DNA from: Candidatus Woesearchaeota archaeon
GTDB taxonomy: Archaea > Nanobdellota > Nanobdellia > Pacearchaeales > GW2011-AR1
Direction: 5' to 3'
Assembly: GCA_964573625.1 (NCBI GenBank)
Contig: CAZNJU010000001.1
Location: 256,661 to 320,660 of the forward strand
DNA length: 64,000 nt
The position numbers and the translations under genes are program-made. Shown here in pieces: positions 30,145 to 38,646 of this stretch (position 1 is its first letter; every line of letters begins with the position of its first letter). The notes under the pieces were generated by a model. It made no database searches. It was given only the letters and a program-made list of their open reading frames with translations, and had not been told where the DNA came from.

Positions 30145-30891
30145 TTAATCTTGTCTTTTGTACTGTAGGAGCGTCACACCTAGTTTACTGGCGGGACGAA
30201 TTAAAGGAGTCGAAGACGAATGAAACCTCCAACCAAGCACTCTTTCAGACTCGCTATACATTTTCTTACCCCTAAATCGTTTCGCATCATGGGTAAAACC
30301 AGGGATTTCGACTTTCCTTAGGCGACTAATAGGCACCTCCGTGATTAAAGAAAAGATTCCTCCCCGAGTTAAACGATTACAAGTTTCTTTCACTAAATCA
30401 TTAAATTCCTTTTCTATAGAAGGAAATTCAGCGTATTCTGGATAATTTCCAATTAAAGGTACTGCTGGGAAAAAGAAATAGGCACTTTCAAAAGCACCCA
30501 ATGAAGAAAGGTCAAATCCTCTGCCAAGGTATTCTTGAACAACCTTCATCCTCTTCGAATCATAACCTGCAATATCACCATGAAGGGCAACCAATTCATC
30601 TAAACCGGCATCTATTTTTTGATCGATACCAAATGGAAAAGGTTCAACTACCACTACTTCTCTCGCACCTGCTCTTAAAAAATCGGCAGAACTGACCATT
30701 TCTAATGGACCAATATCTAAAACTCTTTTATCTTTAATCTGGGAAGGATTAACAACCTTGTTGAATAAAGTTGAGTCGTAAATTCCCATTTGGCCTTCCA
30801 AGTAAGGTTTGGTTTTTCTCGTTAAAATGAGGTCTCCAGTCATAGTAAACAGCCTAGAAAGGTGCTCTTCTAGTAATTCTATCATGGTCAT
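30145..30891 (-). CDS. hypothetical protein (weak Rossmann-like VLDIGP segment)
   Basis: 248 aa with no clear family. A methyltransferase assignment is not supportable. Confidence 0.3.
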   Translation of the reverse strand: MTMIELLEEHLSRLFTMTGDLILTRKTKPYLEGQMGIYDSTLFNKVVNPSQIKDKRVLDIGPLEMVSSADFLRAGAREVVVVEPFPFGIDQKIDAGLDELVALHGDIAGYDSKRMKVVQEYLGRGFDLSSLGAFESAYFFFPAVPLIGNYPEYAEFPSIEKEFNDLVKETCNRLTRGGIFSLITEVPISRLRKVEIPGFTHDAKRFRGKKMYSESERVLGWRFHSSSTPLIRPASKLGVTLLQYKRQD

Positions 30892-30955
30892 GACGATACT
30901 GAAGGAGTTTTAAACATTTCCCTATATTTATATAAGTAAATCTCTAAGAAAAGAC

Positions 30956-31258
30956 ATGCCTTCAGTATCGTCAAAAACAAAGGACCGCATCTCAGAACAA
31001 ATATTAGCTTACTTATTCTCCCAATCGCCCGAGCCTCGCTACACAGTTCATATTGCATCATCAATCGCCCGAGACGAAGAGTTCACAAAAGCACTTCTTC
31101 TTGACTTAGAAAAGCGCAAGCTAGTAGTAAAAGTAACAAAGAGTTCTCAAGGCTTCGACTACCTTCGTCGTCAACGCTGGCGTCTCTCAGATGCAGCCTT
31201 CTCAGCATATAATCAGATGTCTAAGCAGAGATCTACGACTTTCATCGATGAAGAGTAA
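30956..31258 (+). CDS. hypothetical small protein, possible winged-helix DNA binding
   Basis: 100 aa with a basic C-terminal half and a predicted helix-turn-helix. Confidence 0.3.
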   Translation: MPSVSSKTKDRISEQILAYLFSQSPEPRYTVHIASSIARDEEFTKALLLDLEKRKLVVKVTKSSQGFDYLRRQRWRLSDAAFSAYNQMSKQRSTTFIDEE

Positions 31259-31264
31259 TCAATT

Positions 31265-31801
31265 TTAACGACTAGACCAGTCATAAACAGAACTAATAAT
31301 TGCTTGTCCTTCCAAAAAAGCATGTGCATGCCACATAAGAAAAGGTTCTATTTCTTTCGGTGCTTCCTTTAGATAGGGTGCTTTCGACTCTGCTTCCCAC
31401 ACATTATCGAATAGTCTAGTAAGGGGATGACCTTTGTTCTTATAGATTTGGCGTACCATATCCGTGCCATTGAAACTTTTCCGGGTTTTTAACACCAGAT
31501 CAATATCCTCTTGTCCAATAATGGGTAAACAAGATTCTTCTCTTAAATCTAATTCATAAAAAGCAGCTAGTAAAACAGAACTTCCACCATAATAAGACAT
31601 TGCAGCACATAATCGAGAAAGACCCTCCTCATGACCTTCTAATTTTTTGCGTTGTAGTACGTTCGACGAAACTTGGGATATATGAGCATTATAATCTTCC
31701 TGACAACGTACACGAAAAAGTATACTCTTTGGGAGTTGAGAGACCCCAGCAATACTAATTAACTGATCTACGGCCTTAGAGGATATTTCAAGTTGACTCA
31801 T
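31265..31801 (-). CDS. hypothetical protein
   Basis: 178 aa with no recognisable motif. Confidence 0.3.
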   Translation of the reverse strand: MSQLEISSKAVDQLISIAGVSQLPKSILFRVRCQEDYNAHISQVSSNVLQRKKLEGHEEGLSRLCAAMSYYGGSSVLLAAFYELDLREESCLPIIGQEDIDLVLKTRKSFNGTDMVRQIYKNKGHPLTRLFDNVWEAESKAPYLKEAPKEIEPFLMWHAHAFLEGQAIISSVYDWSSR

Positions 31802-31873
31802 AAAATAAGCAAGTCAAATCCTATTTAAATCTAACCACAACAATCCTTATAATATCCAAAAATATCAAAAGAT

Positions 31874-32503
31874 ATGGATCCTATAAAAGAAGCATTTCTA
31901 AAAGCAAAGCAAGATATACAGTTTTTGAATGAAAAAATAGACAAATTAACCCAAGAACTAGAAGAATTAAAGCGAACTCTAAATACATCATATCAGTCAG
32001 TTCAGCCAACCAACCAACAGATGATTCCAACACATCAACACCCTCTAGAACACTTAAAAAGCTCAAAAACAAGCTTCTCCACTGGAAATGAAGGGGTTCC
32101 AACCAACCAACCAACAATCCAACCAACCAACCAACGCACTGGAAATGAAGGGGTTCCCGATAAGATCAGCCATCTTGAACGAGTTTCAGAGATCCTAGGA
32201 TCTCTCGATGCATTAAAGAAAGAAGTTCGCATTAAATTTAAGAAGCTTACCCAGCAAGAAATGGCTATATACGGAGCAATTTACCAGCTTCAAGAGCAAG
32301 GAAATATCGTCGATTACACCTTATTAGCCTCAAAACTCAAATTATCAGAGATTTCAATACGTGACTATATTCGAAAAATAGCTACCAAGGGCATCCCTCT
32401 CAACAAAGAAAAAGTCGATAATAAAAAAATTAGGCTCACAATTCCAGAGGATTTGCGCCGAGTAGCAACCCTAGAAACGATTTTAGCTCTCCGCGAGCTA
32501 TAA
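31874..32503 (+). CDS. coiled-coil + C-terminal winged-HTH protein with internal 60-nt direct repeat
   Basis: N-terminal heptads (LNEKIDKLTQELEELKRTL). The tandem repeat actggaaatgaaggggttcc(aa/cg)...ccaaccaaccaac encodes ...TGNEGVPTNQPTIQPTNQRTGNEGVP. The C-terminal wHTH reads QEMAIYGAIYQLQEQGNIVDYTLLASKLKLSEISIRDYIRKI. Confidence 0.45.
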   Translation: MDPIKEAFLKAKQDIQFLNEKIDKLTQELEELKRTLNTSYQSVQPTNQQMIPTHQHPLEHLKSSKTSFSTGNEGVPTNQPTIQPTNQRTGNEGVPDKISHLERVSEILGSLDALKKEVRIKFKKLTQQEMAIYGAIYQLQEQGNIVDYTLLASKLKLSEISIRDYIRKIATKGIPLNKEKVDNKKIRLTIPEDLRRVATLETILALREL

Positions 32504-32575
32504 ATATCACTCCTTTCGGTATACCGAATAAAATAGGGGCTTAGCTATACCTTTTCCTTTCAAACTGTTCTATCA

Positions 32576-32603
32576 AAATTCGTTTTAACGCGAACTTTTG
32601 ACA
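32576..32603. repeat. AAGTTCG-box repeat copy (inverted orientation)
   Basis: aaaattcgttttaacgcgaacttttgac; the reverse complement contains AAAGTTCGCGTTAAAACG. Confidence 0.4.
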
Positions 32604-32914
32604 CTCACTTTTTGATCACTCAGAATCATCGCTTATCAGCGTGGATGATCCCTCACTTTTTGCACAAAAAAGGGCCAACAGTACCCTCTTTTTGAATCAA
32701 AATCCAGTAAATATCACTCACTTTTCACTTCCTCCGCTATAGCTTGCTCATAATCCTCACTTTTCTCTTCTTTTTCCCCCTTTTTGAGGCGTTTTTCCTT
32801 GCCCTTAACTCTCACTTTTGCGTATTTTAGGAGTTTAATACGAACTTCTTCACTAATAAACACTCTCTTTTTCCCATTTCCCTCAGTTATCTCCTCAATC
32901 AAGCCCTCACTTTT
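32604..32914. repeat. six dispersed copies of CTCACTTTT
   Basis: Copies at 32604, 32652, 32717, 32756, 32811 and 32906. They span the intergenic region and the 3' end of the minus-strand wHTH gene. Confidence 0.45.
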
Positions 32915-33403
32915 CTGCTTTATAGCATTTATTTGTCCTCTAACCGTACTTCTCTCTTTTCCAAGTAGCCTGGCTAGATCCTCATAGCTCAACTTCAGGC
33001 CCTCTCCGGCATTCAATAGGGTAAAAATCAATAGTCTCTCATTAGCTGATAGTTGATTCAAAATAGCATATAAATTACCTGTTTGAACAGGTGTTTGAAC
33101 ATCTTCTTCAACATCTTCAACAGCTGTTTGTTTGTCTAAAACACCCGTTTTTTTAAACAGCTGTTTGTTTTTTGCCTCAAAATCAACTAAGCTTAAACCT
33201 TCACGGAGCGATTCAATCTCTTCACGAACCGTCGCTAAATCCAATTTTAGGCTGTTTATCTCATCAAACAGCTGTTTGTCATGAGTATCCAGGTGTTTAA
33301 TCCAGCTTCCAACTTTCTCAAGATCCTTTTTAACTCCAGAAAAACCATGTTTGGTTGCTTCCTCTAATTTCTTATCCTTGTTTCCGAAAATCCATCCAAA
33401 CAT
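32714..33403 (-). CDS. coiled-coil + winged-HTH protein (paralogous architecture to 31874..32503)
   Basis: The start is trimmed to MFGWIFGNKDKK, because the track's extension reads through the iteron array. It has the heptad segment LKLDLATVREEIESLREGL and the wHTH ERLLIFTLLNAGEGLKLSYEDLARLLGKERSTVRGQINAI. Confidence 0.45.
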   Translation of the reverse strand: MFGWIFGNKDKKLEEATKHGFSGVKKDLEKVGSWIKHLDTHDKQLFDEINSLKLDLATVREEIESLREGLSLVDFEAKNKQLFKKTGVLDKQTAVEDVEEDVQTPVQTGNLYAILNQLSANERLLIFTLLNAGEGLKLSYEDLARLLGKERSTVRGQINAIKQKSEGLIEEITEGNGKKRVFISEEVRIKLLKYAKVRVKGKEKRLKKGEKEEKSEDYEQAIAEEVKSE

Positions 33404-33720
33404 AAACACCTTAAAACCCCTGTATTTATAAACTTTACGCCTTTTTACACATTCCAACACATCCTCCAACACACCAAAAAAACACCCCTGTTTAAACAGG
33501 CAAACAGCCCATAAACACCCCTTTTTCAAAAGCAAACAGGCAAAAAACACCTTTAAACAGGGTCAAACACCCCTAGAATAATCGACGATAAAACAGCCCA
33601 ACAGCTGTTTAAACACTCTTGCCTCAATTATCAGTGAGGCGCGAAGCGCCGAACGCGCCCGACAACACAAAAAACACCTGTTTTTAGGGCAATTCACAAG
33701 ATATTTAAACTTCAGTACCC
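33404..33720. repeat. iteron-like array: interleaved AAACAG(G/C) and AAACACC(CCT) short direct repeats
   Basis: There are at least seven AAACAGG/AAACAGC units and at least six AAACACC units in about 300 bp. One copy forms the palindrome AAACAGCTGTTTAAAC. The region is non-coding and lies directly upstream of the wHTH gene. Confidence 0.55.
33622..33661. repeat. 40-bp GC-rich hairpin repeat, copy 1
   Basis: cctcaattatcagtGAGGCGCGAAGCGCCGAACGCGCCCg. The GGCGC-GAA-GCGCC stem-loop is embedded in AT-rich DNA. Confidence 0.55.
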
Positions 33721-33730
33721 TTAACAAAAC

Positions 33731-33892
33731 ATGGTATTAGTTTCAGTAGCCATTTCAGCCGTATTGGCCATCATTTTAGGCATTTTAATCCTCGTATTCC
33801 CAAGGCTATTACGTTGGGCCGTAGGATTTTATCTGCTCATTTTCGGAGTCCTGCAACTTCTAGCACAGGCGTACCCTTCTTTCTCCCCATAA
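33731..33892 (+). CDS. small membrane protein (53 aa), DUF3096-like; not in ORF track (<60 aa)
   Basis: MVLVSVAISAVLAIILGILILVFPRLLRWAVGFYLLIFGVLQLLAQAYPSFSP is an ATG..TAA frame of 54 codons. It has two TM helices with the ILGILILVFP...GxYLLIxGVLQLL pattern. Confidence 0.4.
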   Translation: MVLVSVAISAVLAIILGILILVFPRLLRWAVGFYLLIFGVLQLLAQAYPSFSP

Positions 33893-33952
33893 AAATTCCC
33901 CAACACAGGCCCCTTTAGAAAGGATTAAAAACCAATCAAAACACCCAAAACT

Positions 33953-34339
33953 ATGGAAACAGCAAAAAGAATTAATGAAAAACCATCTCCTTTAGTAATC
34001 GCTGCCGCAGCAGTTGGCGCACTAGGCCTCGTGACCTACGGATTCATCACCCAAAAGCCTGCCCCAGAAAGACCTTCTTTGACAGGCAAGGTTACCTATG
34101 AAAGTCCCTTAAGTTTCAGCGGAGGCTTCGCCTATAGTTGGAGAATTGAGACGCCCGAAGGAGATTCACGTCTTATCGGAACATCAGCAGACGTATATTC
34201 TCCCAAGACCAACCAACCAAAACCATTTGGCCTGGGCGATGAAGTAAAAATCGACCTCAGAGGACTCGATCAAACGTACGAGTACGGGCCAAGAATAACG
34301 GATCTAAAATATGCTTCTATAGTTTCAAAAAACAAGTAA
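33953..34339 (+). CDS. hypothetical exported/membrane-anchored protein
   Basis: An N-terminal hydrophobic segment (LVIAAAAVGALGLVTYGFI) and then a beta-rich domain. It is flanked by the two GC-rich hairpin repeats. Confidence 0.4.
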   Translation: METAKRINEKPSPLVIAAAAVGALGLVTYGFITQKPAPERPSLTGKVTYESPLSFSGGFAYSWRIETPEGDSRLIGTSADVYSPKTNQPKPFGLGDEVKIDLRGLDQTYEYGPRITDLKYASIVSKNK

Positions 34340-34347
34340 TAAAACTT

Positions 34348-34396
34348 CTCAGCTTCGCTTAAATCTTTCAGCACCCATTAAAGTTCGTGTTAAAGC
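34348..34396. repeat. AAGTTCG-box long repeat, copy A
   Basis: ctcagcttcgcttaaatctttcagcacccattaAAGTTCGTGTTAAAgc is about 80% identical to 35417-35466. Confidence 0.5.
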
Positions 34397-34418
34397 CCGC
34401 GAACCCTAAGGAAATATG

Positions 34419-34458
34419 CCTCAATTAAGAGTGAGGCGCGAAGCGCCGAACGCGCCCG
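34419..34458. repeat. 40-bp GC-rich hairpin repeat, copy 2
   Basis: cctcaattaagagtGAGGCGCGAAGCGCCGAACGCGCCCg matches copy 1 at 37 of 40 positions. Confidence 0.55.
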
Positions 34459-34502
34459 GCAACGAGTAGAAAAGGTTAAAAACTATAAATCGATCAAAAA
34501 TC

Positions 34503-34886
34503 ATGCACTCACAAACTAAAACAGGCACAGTAACCCTAGAAGGCAAGACCTTCGAAGTAGAGTTGAATAGGCATCATATCGGTAGAACCTATGGAGAGTG
34601 TGAAAAAGATTGTCCAGCAGGATGGCATATGCCTACCTATCAGCTTTTGCAAGAAATAAGAAATTCAGCAGATAGAGACAAATTTAATTTACTTGAAACC
34701 TCAGAATATGTTCAACAGCCAGATGTTCTCTCAAAAGAAAGAGGGTTAGTTGCAGGGTTTGTTGCGAGTTCGGACGGGGCTATTCTTAGTTGCGCCGCGG
34801 ATCCTAAGACCGCCGATTCGGTACTTGGGGTGCGCTATGTGCGTAAACTTTCTGGAGACCCCATTCCTCGGCACGAGAATTGGTAA
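34503..34886 (+). CDS. hypothetical protein
   Basis: 127 aa with noticeably higher GC than the flanking genes. Confidence 0.35.
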   Translation: MHSQTKTGTVTLEGKTFEVELNRHHIGRTYGECEKDCPAGWHMPTYQLLQEIRNSADRDKFNLLETSEYVQQPDVLSKERGLVAGFVASSDGAILSCAADPKTADSVLGVRYVRKLSGDPIPRHENW

Positions 34887-34950
34887 AATAAGAGTTCGTA
34901 TAAGGTATATTAAGCGAAGTTTTAGAGGGTTTTTAGACAATAATGCGAAC

Positions 34951-35352
34951 TTATTTCTTCAGAATAGGCGGGATTGGTAAGTTTTTCAAGGCTTTTTCTC
35001 CGAATAGGCCTATAAGAAGTCCCCTAAGTCCCCTCTTTGAATCTCGATAATTTGAGTATGCTATTTGATAAGCAATATTTAGTTCCGTTCCTAGTTGAGT
35101 AAACTCCTGTAGTCTCTTAAGCATTTGCTTAGTGCCTCCATAGGTCAGGATGTGGTGGAGAAACTCTTCATGAAATCTCTTAATTTGAAAGTATTCCAAG
35201 TGTAATTTTTTAATTTCTTCAGCTTTTTCTTTCCAGAATTTTAGCCATTTTTCCACATCAAAATCCACCTCCTGATTTCTAAGGCTTAGAAACGGATAAT
35301 ACCTTCCTCGAAAAATTACAGATCCATCACCTAACTCTTCATATTCCTTCAT
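34951..35352 (-). CDS. hypothetical protein
   Basis: 133 aa, basic and helical. Confidence 0.35.
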   Translation of the reverse strand: MKEYEELGDGSVIFRGRYYPFLSLRNQEVDFDVEKWLKFWKEKAEEIKKLHLEYFQIKRFHEEFLHHILTYGGTKQMLKRLQEFTQLGTELNIAYQIAYSNYRDSKRGLRGLLIGLFGEKALKNLPIPPILKK

Positions 35353-35416
35353 CCGTTTATGGGGCGTACATGATTTTTAATCATTTCTATAGTCTGCAAT
35401 ACATGCTAAAACTTTC

Positions 35417-35466
35417 TGCTCTCGCTTAAACCTTTCAGCATACAGTATAAGTTCGTTTTAATAAGA
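35417..35466. repeat. AAGTTCG-box long repeat, copy B (plus short copy at 35517-35540)
   Basis: ctgctctcgcttaaacctttcagcatacagtaTAAGTTCGTTTTAATaag. A second short box, aataAAGTTCGTTTTAATtaaagc, lies 50 bp downstream. Confidence 0.5.
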
Positions 35467-35542
35467 AAAACGGTATGCTAGAACTTGTAAGCGTTAATGA
35501 TAATTTTAAGCAGATAATAAAGTTCGTTTTAATTAAAGCAGG

Positions 35543-35935
35543 TTAACTGTTTCTAAAATATAGGAACGTTCGCTCGACCAAACGACCTTCATCGAATCGA
35601 ACGACTCCATTAAGTTGAGCCATACTAAACTCTGGAGTAATTTCGTACTTTGCAAGATATGTCCAAACAGGGTTCTTTCCCCAACCTCTCCCTTTACGAG
35701 AACTGGTCGGTTCACCTATTTCGTTTCTAATTATGCTTCGATCTCGTGCCTCTAGAGAAATTCCTGTTTCTTTAAAATAATAGGCTCCCGATTCAGAGGC
35801 ATCTACACTTGGAAGTCCAATAGCTGCCCGATCACGTAATTGTTTGAGCTTCTCTATAATCTCAGTTGAAGGCATACCCGAGACTAATGTTAATCCTTCC
35901 AATTCAATAATTCCAGGTGTTCGTACCAATGACAT
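35543..35935 (-). CDS. hypothetical protein
   Basis: 130 aa with no motif. Confidence 0.35.
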   Translation of the reverse strand: MSLVRTPGIIELEGLTLVSGMPSTEIIEKLKQLRDRAAIGLPSVDASESGAYYFKETGISLEARDRSIIRNEIGEPTSSRKGRGWGKNPVWTYLAKYEITPEFSMAQLNGVVRFDEGRLVERTFLYFRNS

Positions 35936-36019
35936 GAATTATTCTCTATACCTTCCTTTTTAAGTGTTTCCAAATCCGCTTAGAGATATATTTTTATAGA
36001 CACTCTTAGCTTAAATTAT

Positions 36020-36781
36020 ATGATAAAATCCCCAATGAAAAGACGGGCAGCCAAACTAGGAGTACGCGCAGCGACCTATTATGCGGTAGGCTTTCCTGCC
36101 ACGGTCGCAACAACCTGGCTTGCAGCTGCTATGTATCCAATCGATGGACAACCGAACATGGTCGGAGTAAACACTTCAAAGTCTTCACAACGAATTCAAC
36201 GGCAATATTGTTTTGGATCAGATTCAGGAGATGTTCTTGTAGAAATTCGCGGCGGGCCGTTCAATACAGAAGTCGCACTCTGTCCGACCGGAGCAAATCC
36301 TTCAGGTCTTGTTTACAGTGCAACCATTCGAAAGCAGTATCCCTTGGTTAATCAATCTATAGTGGATACAAGGTTGTTACCTTCATGGGCTACCCTTCCC
36401 GACAATCTTCCCCAAGATAATTTGATTACAACAGGAGCATGGGGTTGGCCCCTTCGAGCGTTGAAAGGTGTCGAGCGAGACCGATTCGTATATACTTCTG
36501 GTTCGCCTAATCCCTTTGTGCGTCCGCATCTCGAAGATTATGTAACACCTTCTTGGCCAACAATGGGATTAGATATTCGCATGCTTCCTACAAAACCGAT
36601 ACCTACGGGACTAGCACTTGATGCGGCAGTTCACGGTGCAGCACTCGCCATACCTCAAATGTCTTTTGCAGCACTCGCATTACTTCGTAAACAATTTAGA
36701 AAACGAAATGGAGCTTGTCTCAAGTGCGGGTATGATATTACTAGTGTAATGATATGTCCTGAGTGTGGGACCAGGTGCTAA
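36020..36781 (+). CDS. hypothetical protein with N-terminal hydrophobic segment and C-terminal C4 zinc ribbon
   Basis: The C-terminus reads CLKCGYDITSVMICPECGTRC. The gene is Pro-rich and its GC is clearly above the window average. Confidence 0.4.
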   Translation: MIKSPMKRRAAKLGVRAATYYAVGFPATVATTWLAAAMYPIDGQPNMVGVNTSKSSQRIQRQYCFGSDSGDVLVEIRGGPFNTEVALCPTGANPSGLVYSATIRKQYPLVNQSIVDTRLLPSWATLPDNLPQDNLITTGAWGWPLRALKGVERDRFVYTSGSPNPFVRPHLEDYVTPSWPTMGLDIRMLPTKPIPTGLALDAAVHGAALAIPQMSFAALALLRKQFRKRNGACLKCGYDITSVMICPECGTRC

Positions 36782-36842
36782 TCATTCTAAAAAATAATTC
36801 AAATAAAATAAGGTATTCTATCTCAAAATTTATAAATCGTAT

Positions 36843-37322
36843 ATGAGGACTAGTTTTATGAAACATCGAATCTGGAATACAAAACCTCTGCCGAGTTTCG
36901 AAGAAAGACTATCTTTTGCACGTTGGAATAAAAAAGGCAATTGCATTGGCACTGCCTTTTTTTTGGCAGGAATGATTAGACAGGAAGGCATAATCTATCC
37001 AGATAAAGCCTACAGACAGTTTCTAGTTGACCTTCCACGGGTAAACTCTCCAGAGTTATATGGGCTTATCGCCTGGCAGCAAGCATTACACACTTCAAAA
37101 ACCATCAAAACTCCATGCGTCTGGACTGCCCATCTTGGGTTGGTAACTTCAATAGATCCGCTCTTGGTCGCTCATCGTCCTGGTCTCCGGAATTTCTTCG
37201 AAGAAGATGCACCTTTTGAAAGACCTAATACGGTGTACGGTAGCCAGGCAGGTAAACGTAATTTTCTAAGATATTATCGAACACCTTTACAAGAAGAAAT
37301 GTTTACACGTAAGCATGGTTAA
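36843..37322 (+). CDS. hypothetical protein (conserved Cys...His pair; possible thiol hydrolase fold)
   Basis: NKKGNCIGTAFFLAG and a downstream VWTAHLGLV. The fold assignment is speculative. Confidence 0.3.
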   Translation: MRTSFMKHRIWNTKPLPSFEERLSFARWNKKGNCIGTAFFLAGMIRQEGIIYPDKAYRQFLVDLPRVNSPELYGLIAWQQALHTSKTIKTPCVWTAHLGLVTSIDPLLVAHRPGLRNFFEEDAPFERPNTVYGSQAGKRNFLRYYRTPLQEEMFTRKHG

Positions 37323-37387
37323 TGAAATATCGTTAAGTAAATCAACAAACTGAGCCTCTGAGAATCTTTCTTTATTTTTTATTCTTT

Positions 37388-37927
37388 TCATGACATATCG
37401 TTTCTTAAGATTGCTCTGCAGGATTTGTAATATCCTTCAAAATCATTTAGGATTGTTTCAGCAGGTATTTTGTTGGCTTTGGTAAATTCCGCCATCCAAT
37501 CAGCAGTAGTCTGTAGATTTCCATGCGGGTTTAGATGTGCTATAACTTGTCCCCTAAATGATTTAAGTATCTTACGATAATATTCAGGTATCTCTGGTAG
37601 ACCGCTAACTCCTTGATTCATCATTTTTTCAATTACCTCATAAAATGAGCAAACTTCCATGATTACGTATTGCCAAAGCATGGCACTTGGAGAGACCTTA
37701 CCACTTTGAGCAGAAACACGATTTGCTGGAGAAACAAGTTGTGAATGATTCGAGTTAATTACCTTCATATAATCAAGCAAAACATGAACTTTAACATAAG
37801 CAAAATTTAATCGATCATACTTTTTCATAGGTCTAGAATTGTAATAATCTATAACTTCTTGATCTGTCATGTTTCTCAGCTTTTCAGCGAGTTCTTTTTC
37901 CTCTGAACTCTGTTCAGTAGTCATCAA
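37388..37927 (-). CDS. hypothetical protein
   Basis: 179 aa and all-alpha. Confidence 0.35.
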   Translation of the reverse strand: MMTTEQSSEEKELAEKLRNMTDQEVIDYYNSRPMKKYDRLNFAYVKVHVLLDYMKVINSNHSQLVSPANRVSAQSGKVSPSAMLWQYVIMEVCSFYEVIEKMMNQGVSGLPEIPEYYRKILKSFRGQVIAHLNPHGNLQTTADWMAEFTKANKIPAETILNDFEGYYKSCRAILRNDMS

Positions 37928-38024
37928 AAGTTATGTCCTTTCCTCTATTTAGTTTTTACTGTTTTGTATGTGACAAGAAAAACACAAAGGGTAAGCTTGT
38001 TAAGATTAGATAACTGAATTTCTA

Positions 38025-38567
38025 TCAGTTAACTTCAGCTACAACTGCCGGAGGCACTAGGCCGACGAATCTAAACTCATCCATGCCTTTTCGATGTCGT
38101 CCCTTGCATTTCATAGGATCTATACGTTCAAAAGAATATCCTTTAGGCAATGCATACACGTCTGCTCTCTTACGGCGAGACGAAACTCGGTTTATTTTTT
38201 CTATAAAACTGACTTCAAGACCATCCATTCCTGGTCTACCTTCTCTGAAACCGAATTCATAAGCCTTGTCAAAAGGTCGACGTAATTCGTCACCTGACAA
38301 TTCTAGGTATTGTGCCGATGTAAGAGCACCCTCAGCCCATATGTTTGATTGCGGAAGAGCTATCGTTACAAATTCAGCATAAGTAATGTTTGTTCCGAAA
38401 CCAGGAAGAAGATTTGTAAGAACCAACGGAGGATGCACTTGTCTTTTCCCTTCAATAGAATATCCTATATGTAAAGGCCATTCCTTAATCTGCTCAAGAA
38501 CACTTTCAAATTGACCACGCGCGGCGTGATGTGCAAGTCCTATATCAAAGAAAACCCTGTTGAGCAT
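38025..38567 (-). CDS. hypothetical protein
   Basis: 180 aa with no motif assignable. Confidence 0.35.
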   Translation of the reverse strand: MLNRVFFDIGLAHHAARGQFESVLEQIKEWPLHIGYSIEGKRQVHPPLVLTNLLPGFGTNITYAEFVTIALPQSNIWAEGALTSAQYLELSGDELRRPFDKAYEFGFREGRPGMDGLEVSFIEKINRVSSRRKRADVYALPKGYSFERIDPMKCKGRHRKGMDEFRFVGLVPPAVVAEVN

Positions 38568-38646
38568 ATTCTCTTTTCTTTCTGCTGGTTTTTAACTATT
38601 TGTATAATATTCTTCAAAGATAAAATAACGCATTAATCTAGAAATC

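Noticed and set aside
30145-30891. SAM-dependent methyltransferase call
   Set aside because: The only hint is a VLDIGP segment. There is no GxGxG motif and no acidic loop.
32500-35600. CRISPR array
   Set aside because: The repeats are irregularly spaced, partly coding, belong to several unrelated families and lack uniform spacers. No cas genes are present.
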